Both the position numbers and the translations under genes were made by a program. DNA of 64,000 nt from Podarcis melisellensis (Eukaryota), in assembly GCA_964234715.1 (NCBI GenBank), contig OZ174279.1; one strand, written 5' to 3'. This document shows positions 63,584-64,000 of this stretch, piece by piece. Numbering within the stretch: the stretch's first letter is position 1; each line of letters starts with the position of its first letter. Under the pieces are notes generated by a model. That model saw only the letters and a list, made by a program, of their open reading frames with translations. It was not told where the DNA came from and ran no database searches.

Positions 63584-63901
63584 AGAATCAACTGAATTTT
63601 AAAGCAAACGTATGCCGTTGTAGTACTCCATTAGAACTGCGCCTGCTATTATGGATTCTAGATCTCGCTTACTGTTCCTGCTTTTTAACTCCCGCTGTGC
63701 AGTTGGCCTCAACCACCTCTTTTCCAAAAGTAGATTTGGCACTTTTAGAACTTACTGAAATGACACGGGACTGTGCCACTTCATCAGCTATTATCTTGTT
63801 TATCTGATCATTTTCTGATTTCTTTGAGTGCCCTCTTTACTAATAAATATAACTCTCATCCTATCCCAGTATGCCACCATATTTGACTTGTTACATTTCA
63901 C

Positions 63902-64000
63902 CAGGCATAGGCAAACTCGGCCCTCCAGATGTTTTGGGATACATCGCCCATCATCCCTAACCACTGGTCCTGTTAGCTAGGGATGATGGGAGTTGTAGTC
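63902..64000. mobile_element. hAT-type MITE related to 17701 (cut by window edge)
   Basis: Shares the core CATCCCT..CCACTGGTCCTG..AGCTAGGGATGATGGGAGTTGTAGTC. Confidence 0.8.

Noticed and set aside
52715-64000. TET1 exons 2-3 (CXXC domain)
   Set aside because: No matching sequence found; presumably beyond the right edge of the window

Overview
Vertebrate genomic DNA, almost certainly a squamate reptile (Sauria SINEs and lizard-type L2, CR1 and MITE repeats). Two spliced genes lie head-to-tail on the minus strand. (1) The 3' part of TET1: the large exon 4 through the last exon (52714-27861), with intact HxD, distal His and Arg catalytic residues, followed by what looks like an ~11.6 kb 3'UTR ending near 16260. 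(2) The 5' half of CCAR1: CpG-island promoter at ~13.1-14.3 kb, putative non-coding exon 1, and coding exons 2-12, running off the left edge. All exon boundaries were read from GT/AG sites and keep the reading frame; exon numbers follow the mammalian orthologs as I recall them. The rest is intron or UTR with many small transposon copies. There is no prokaryotic-type system, CRISPR array or convincing new protein gene. The best leads are regulatory or structural: a spliced uORF in the CCAR1 leader, a 105-nt in-frame tandem duplication next to the TET1 Sin3-interaction helix, a very long TET1 3'UTR with distal miR-26 and miR-29 sites, a retroelement tail abutting the acceptor of the HxD exon, and a stop-free exon 4-6 block flanked by inverted CR1 tails. 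None of these is shown to be novel without database checks.
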